Shown here piece after piece: positions 43,301 through 47,490 of a stretch of 47,490 nucleotides of DNA. Made by a program: the position numbers and the translations under genes. Source of the DNA: Amoebophrya sp. A120 (taxonomy: Eukaryota > Protista > Dinoflagellata); assembly GCA_905178155.1 (NCBI GenBank), contig CAJINV010000042.1:21485-68974 (forward strand), written 5' to 3'. The stretch's first letter is position 1. Each line of letters starts with the position of its first letter. The notes under the pieces are model-generated. The model was given only the letters and a program-made list of their open reading frames with translations. It was not told the origin of the DNA and did not search any database.

Positions 43301-44394
43301 GCTCTTGTTTTTTCCTATTTCGGTCTCGAACTCACTCGATTTCTGACCTCGAGAAGGACACGGTGCAGGACTGCGACATTCGCATGTCGCAAGTCGTCAT
43401 GCGCAAATTCCGCATGTTTATTTTGTGCTTTTTCCTTGCCGCTCTTCTTCAGACTCTCAGTCAGAAATAATGATTCCCACGAGCCTTGAGTACCGGCCTG
43501 AACCAGAGACCCGAAGGCCTCCAGCCTGTAATACATGCGACTCGATTACTATAATGGATTGAGTTTTTTCTCGTACTGAGAATTTTAGAAGTACACTCAC
43601 GGCTTCCGCGTGCTGCAATGGTGATGAAGATATTGATCTTCTGTTGTTTCCATCGCTGCAAGAACGGACCAAATGTCGATGCATTTCTATGCCATTTTTT
43701 ACACTATACCCGCAGGTGTTGACAGCCATCAGTAGGGCGTTGGTGTTAATGATAATTCCATGGATCTAGTTGTAGCATCTGAGATACCTCCGAAGTAAAC
43801 TTTCATTTGTCTACAAAGAAAAAAAGCGAAACTTTGCAAACTTTCCTCGCGAACTTTTTTTGCTTGAATTGCCACAAGTACGAGAAATCCCAATGAAGAT
43901 ACTATAGTGCTCACGGCTGTCATCTCGACATCGCGGACCGTTTGTTGTGTTGCTTTTGTTGTGAACAGTGTGTTCTCACCTCTATTTCGATCACTGCTAT
44001 TATTGTCAAGATCATCGTTTTTGCTCGTTTCTGTGTCAAGATCATCGTTTTCTGTAGGACATCATCGTTTTTGCTCGTTAGCAATCATCCAGTCAAGCTG
44101 TAGGCTAATCGTATTTTCTTGTTTTTTTTTGTGTTCCGAAAGGCCATTACGAATCTCACATGCAAACTAGCGAATAAATCCTTCCATCATGAGTAGAGTT
44201 TGGTCAACACTCACGAGAAACACCATTTTGGCTCACGGGCCTGAGCAATACAAATGAGGAAGAAGGCGGGTTTTTCGTGTCTCCCGCCACAAGGATGAAA
44301 TTCTGTATACAACAGTAGAGATTTGTCACGCCTGCAAAACTGTGCCCTTGATACGTCAAAATAATGAAAAAGAGCCAAACTGATCATGAGTGTT

Positions 44395-46475
44395 GGTAGA
44401 CGTTCTTCTGTTCGCGCCATTAGTTTTTGTTCTTTTGCTCGGGCAGCGTTTTTATTTTTCTCGTTACTTCCGACAAGGTGTCCAGTTTGTATACAAAGAG
44501 TTTCTTAACACACAGGCGCGCACGTCTTTGCATTTTCACTGCGAACATGTTCATGCAATCGCTCCATATGCACAAGGAAACAAGTTAAGCCGCTGCAGGT
44601 TGTTTCGTCAGGACTAGTACACGAAAAACATTTTCGGGTCTTCGAATCTTGAAAAAAAACACTGTGATGGACAAAGATGGAAAAACTTCTCCACACAAAA
44701 AACGATCAAGACATATAGCAGTTAGTCTCTAAGTGTGTGCGTTTTTCCTGTGGTTTGGTTCTGAACGGCAAAACCACACGAAAAACACACGGAAAACTGT
44801 AAATCATAAATGCAATCGCATACAGTATTCTTTGTTTCACAGTAAAAACCGCAAATGCGACATTTGCTGATTTTATGGTTATTCACGCGGACAAAAATAT
44901 CCATTTTGGTTGTAAAACTTGTTGGAATGAAGTGATCCGAGGACACACAAGTTCTTATGATCTTGTTGCGTGCATCATAATCGTGCACCGCTACGTTGTG
45001 CGCTGCAGTACCTGCACTCGTGCTCCCTCGTACGCATGCTTACCTTCCTTTTTGTGACGAAGCACGCGCGATCGAAATGGAAAAGTCATGTATGTTGCTT
45101 CAGCTTTGCCTTGGTTTCGTTGTGTTTTTTTTGATGTACAAGTTTTAATATAGTGCATCGGTTTGGAATATGCAGCATCAGTCGCGCTACTTTGCAAATC
45201 TAAGGTTATTAGGCTACGAGCAGCGGGGCGATGGCGCGGATATTGGCGCGAAAAATTTAGCAATTGTGAAGACAATTGACATTCGCTGCACAACATGCGC
45301 GGGCTTCCGTTCGTGACGACCGGCAACTGTGAGTTGATTTGATAGTCCAACAGGACGATAAAGTTTGCAAATGCGTCATTCACGAGCCAAATTGCACTTC
45401 TGATATACCAAAATATTAATACATGGCGAAAATGGATCTTGACAGTAGACGTTCTTCTGTTCGGGCCATCAATTTCTGTTTTTGTGCGGTCTCTTTGTGC
45501 TCGGACAGCGTTTTTATTTTCTTCGTCACTTCCGACAAGGTTTCCAGCGTGTAACAAACAGTTTTCCAACGCACGAGCGCCCACGTCTTTGCATCCTGAC
45601 TGCGGCCATGTCCGCGCAATCGCTCCATATGCACAACAAGTTAAGCCGCTGCAGGTTGTTTTGTCAGGACTAGTACATAAAAAAACTTTCTCGACTCTTC
45701 GATTCTTGAAATAAATACTTGATTAAAAAAGACGCAAAGCTTCTCCACACAAAAAATGATCGAGCTGCAGTAAACATGCGCACAACATGTAATTCATAAA
45801 TGCAGTAAAAATATTGCAATTTTATTATCATGATTCGCATTTGGATTGTAAGAACCGCAAATGCAGCATTTGCTAATTTTATAATTTTTTTTTTGTAGTT
45901 ACGCAACGGATTTGATTGTGAAACTTTTTATTATGAAAGACGCGATCTCGTATGATCTTGTTGCGTGCGACGAAATATTGAAGCGCTATGCTGTGCGCTG
46001 CAGCATGCCGCACTGTACCTGATCTTGATCCTTGCAATCGCTCTTATCAGGCAGCGGCGCCACGCCAAAGAGATTCGCGTGTATCAAAGCCGCAGAAGGC
46101 ACAACAAACCGAATCCCCACGAGATACTACGCGCAAGCCGGCACACCTATAAAAGCAATTGCGAAGTTTTCCGACTAAACAGGCTCCGCGTCGTAGCATC
46201 AGGACTGCGACGCGCCGATCCGGGTAGCCTGTACTCCGCATGTTCCTACGCGCAGCCTGGCGCAGAACATAAAAAATGATCGAGCTGACAACATGTAATT
46301 CATAAATGCACTAAAAAAATTACAATTGCCATTATTATGACTCATCATTGGACTAGAAAAACCGCAAATGCAGCATTTGCTGCGTTTACAAACGTTTTTT
46401 GTAGTCAAACAGCTAATTCAGTTGTAAAATTTTTTATTATGATTGACGTGATCTCATATGATCTTGTTGCGTGTG
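44395..46475. repeat. Degenerate direct repeat family (units near 44395-44975, 45444-45970, partial 46270-46475)
   Basis: Shared blocks are GTAGACGTTCTTCTGTTCG, GCAATCGCTCCATATGCACAA, TTCTCCACACAAAAAA, ACCGCAAATGC..CATTTGCT and TATGATCTTGTTGCGTG. Confidence 0.85.
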
Positions 46476-47490
46476 AATCGGTTCGAGAGTGTACCCCAGT
46501 TCACGAACTAGTTCGTGAAGGTACCGGGCATACGAAAAAGAACAGAACCATACGTAGCGCACGTGCCAAAGCCCGAAAAAAAGAGCAGGCAACGAGAGAA
46601 AAGGATCCCGATGAGCTACAGAGCATATCTTGTGGGCACCATATGTCGCAAAAAGTATGTGCACGCAACAAGCCCCGAAAGGTCTTGTATTTTGGCGCGC
46701 GCGCGCGCGATTTTGGTTTGTGAGGCGCGAAGCGCTGCGCGACTATTGTTTACGGTGGGACGGCAGCCGGCCGTAGGATTTAGGGACGCTGCATCCGATC
46801 AATGGGCGCACGAAGACCGAAGCTGTGCGCGCGGCGCTGGCTGGTTTCAAACAGAAAGCGGTCGAACGCTAGGGCCGATCGCAGTCATGGCTACTGTTTT
46901 CTGTAGTGACAGACTTGAGGCCTTTGGCGCCCATCACGGTGCGCGCAGCTGTGTTGCAGCACCATCTCAAACGACGGCGCTGCGGCATTGCAGGTTCAGA
47001 CCCGAACCGGGAGGCAGGTAATACCTGGCCCCCCGGATCGACTAAGTACCAGTGAGATCAGGAGCGTACCTTTGGGTCAGGAACGCCCCCCCTACTCCTT
47101 CCTCCACCTGCATATTTTTTTGGCGCCGAGCATATCAAATGGCCTGTTTGTTCTAGGATATTTAGGCCCCGGGGCGGTATTGAACTGGTAGGTACATTGT
47201 TGAACCGCGGGCCCTGTTGAACTGATACACGTGCGACAAAATCGTGAAGCGTTATCCTGTGCGGTGCAGTACGTGCCATGCCGCACCGTAGCTGATCTTG
47301 ATCCTTGCAATCGCTCTCATCAGGCAGCGGCGCCACGCCAAAGAGATTCGCGCGTATCAAAACCGCAGAAGGCACAACAAACCGAATCCCCACGAGATAC
47401 TACGCGCAAGCCGGCACACCTGTTGAAGCAATTGCGAAGTTTTCCAACTAAACAGGCTCCGCGTCGTAGCATCAGGACTGCGACGCGCCG
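45964..47490. repeat. ~255-bp high-identity direct repeat (45964-46218 and 47230-47490, running off the window end)
   Basis: CTGATCTTGATCCTTGCAATCGCTCT...GCATCAGGACTGCGACGCGCCG is present twice with few substitutions. Confidence 0.9.

Noticed and set aside
1-47490. tRNA, rRNA or transposase/reverse-transcriptase genes
   Set aside because: No recognisable motifs were seen by eye. tRNAscan-SE, Infernal and a TE-domain HMM search would be needed to exclude them formally.

Overview
Eukaryotic genomic DNA from a myzozoan alveolate. An Amoebophrya-like syndinian dinoflagellate is the best fit; this is an inference from CPW-WPC domains, every credible gene lying on the + strand, and non-GT-AG introns with terminal inverted repeats. 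The left 28 kb holds a compact, co-oriented cassette of 13 genes, each encoding a signal-peptide protein (copy A, 1113-13050). The whole cassette is repeated in tandem in the same order (copy B, 13537-25802), with conserved proteins but unalignable intergenic DNA. Two more divergent paralogs of the first and last genes follow, carrying extra CPW-WPC domains (26162-28007). Eleven of the 13 proteins carry an SF[L/I]x motif resembling alveolate secretory-protein maturation sites, and most share a short beta-strand plus amphipathic helix module. Many of the genes have a GAGAGAC-like motif about 110-195 bp upstream. Together this suggests a co-regulated kit for building a secretory organelle or crystalloid/extrusome-like structure. 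The right part has two intron-containing paralogs with an unrecognised ~45-aa repeat, a multi-exon Strawberry-notch-like SF2 helicase, and a degenerate repeat-rich tail. Two insertions (17844-18001 and 37573-37709) behave like non-canonical introns and share a TTAT...GCATACnnn end signature. No database searches were run; family assignments come from motif recognition.
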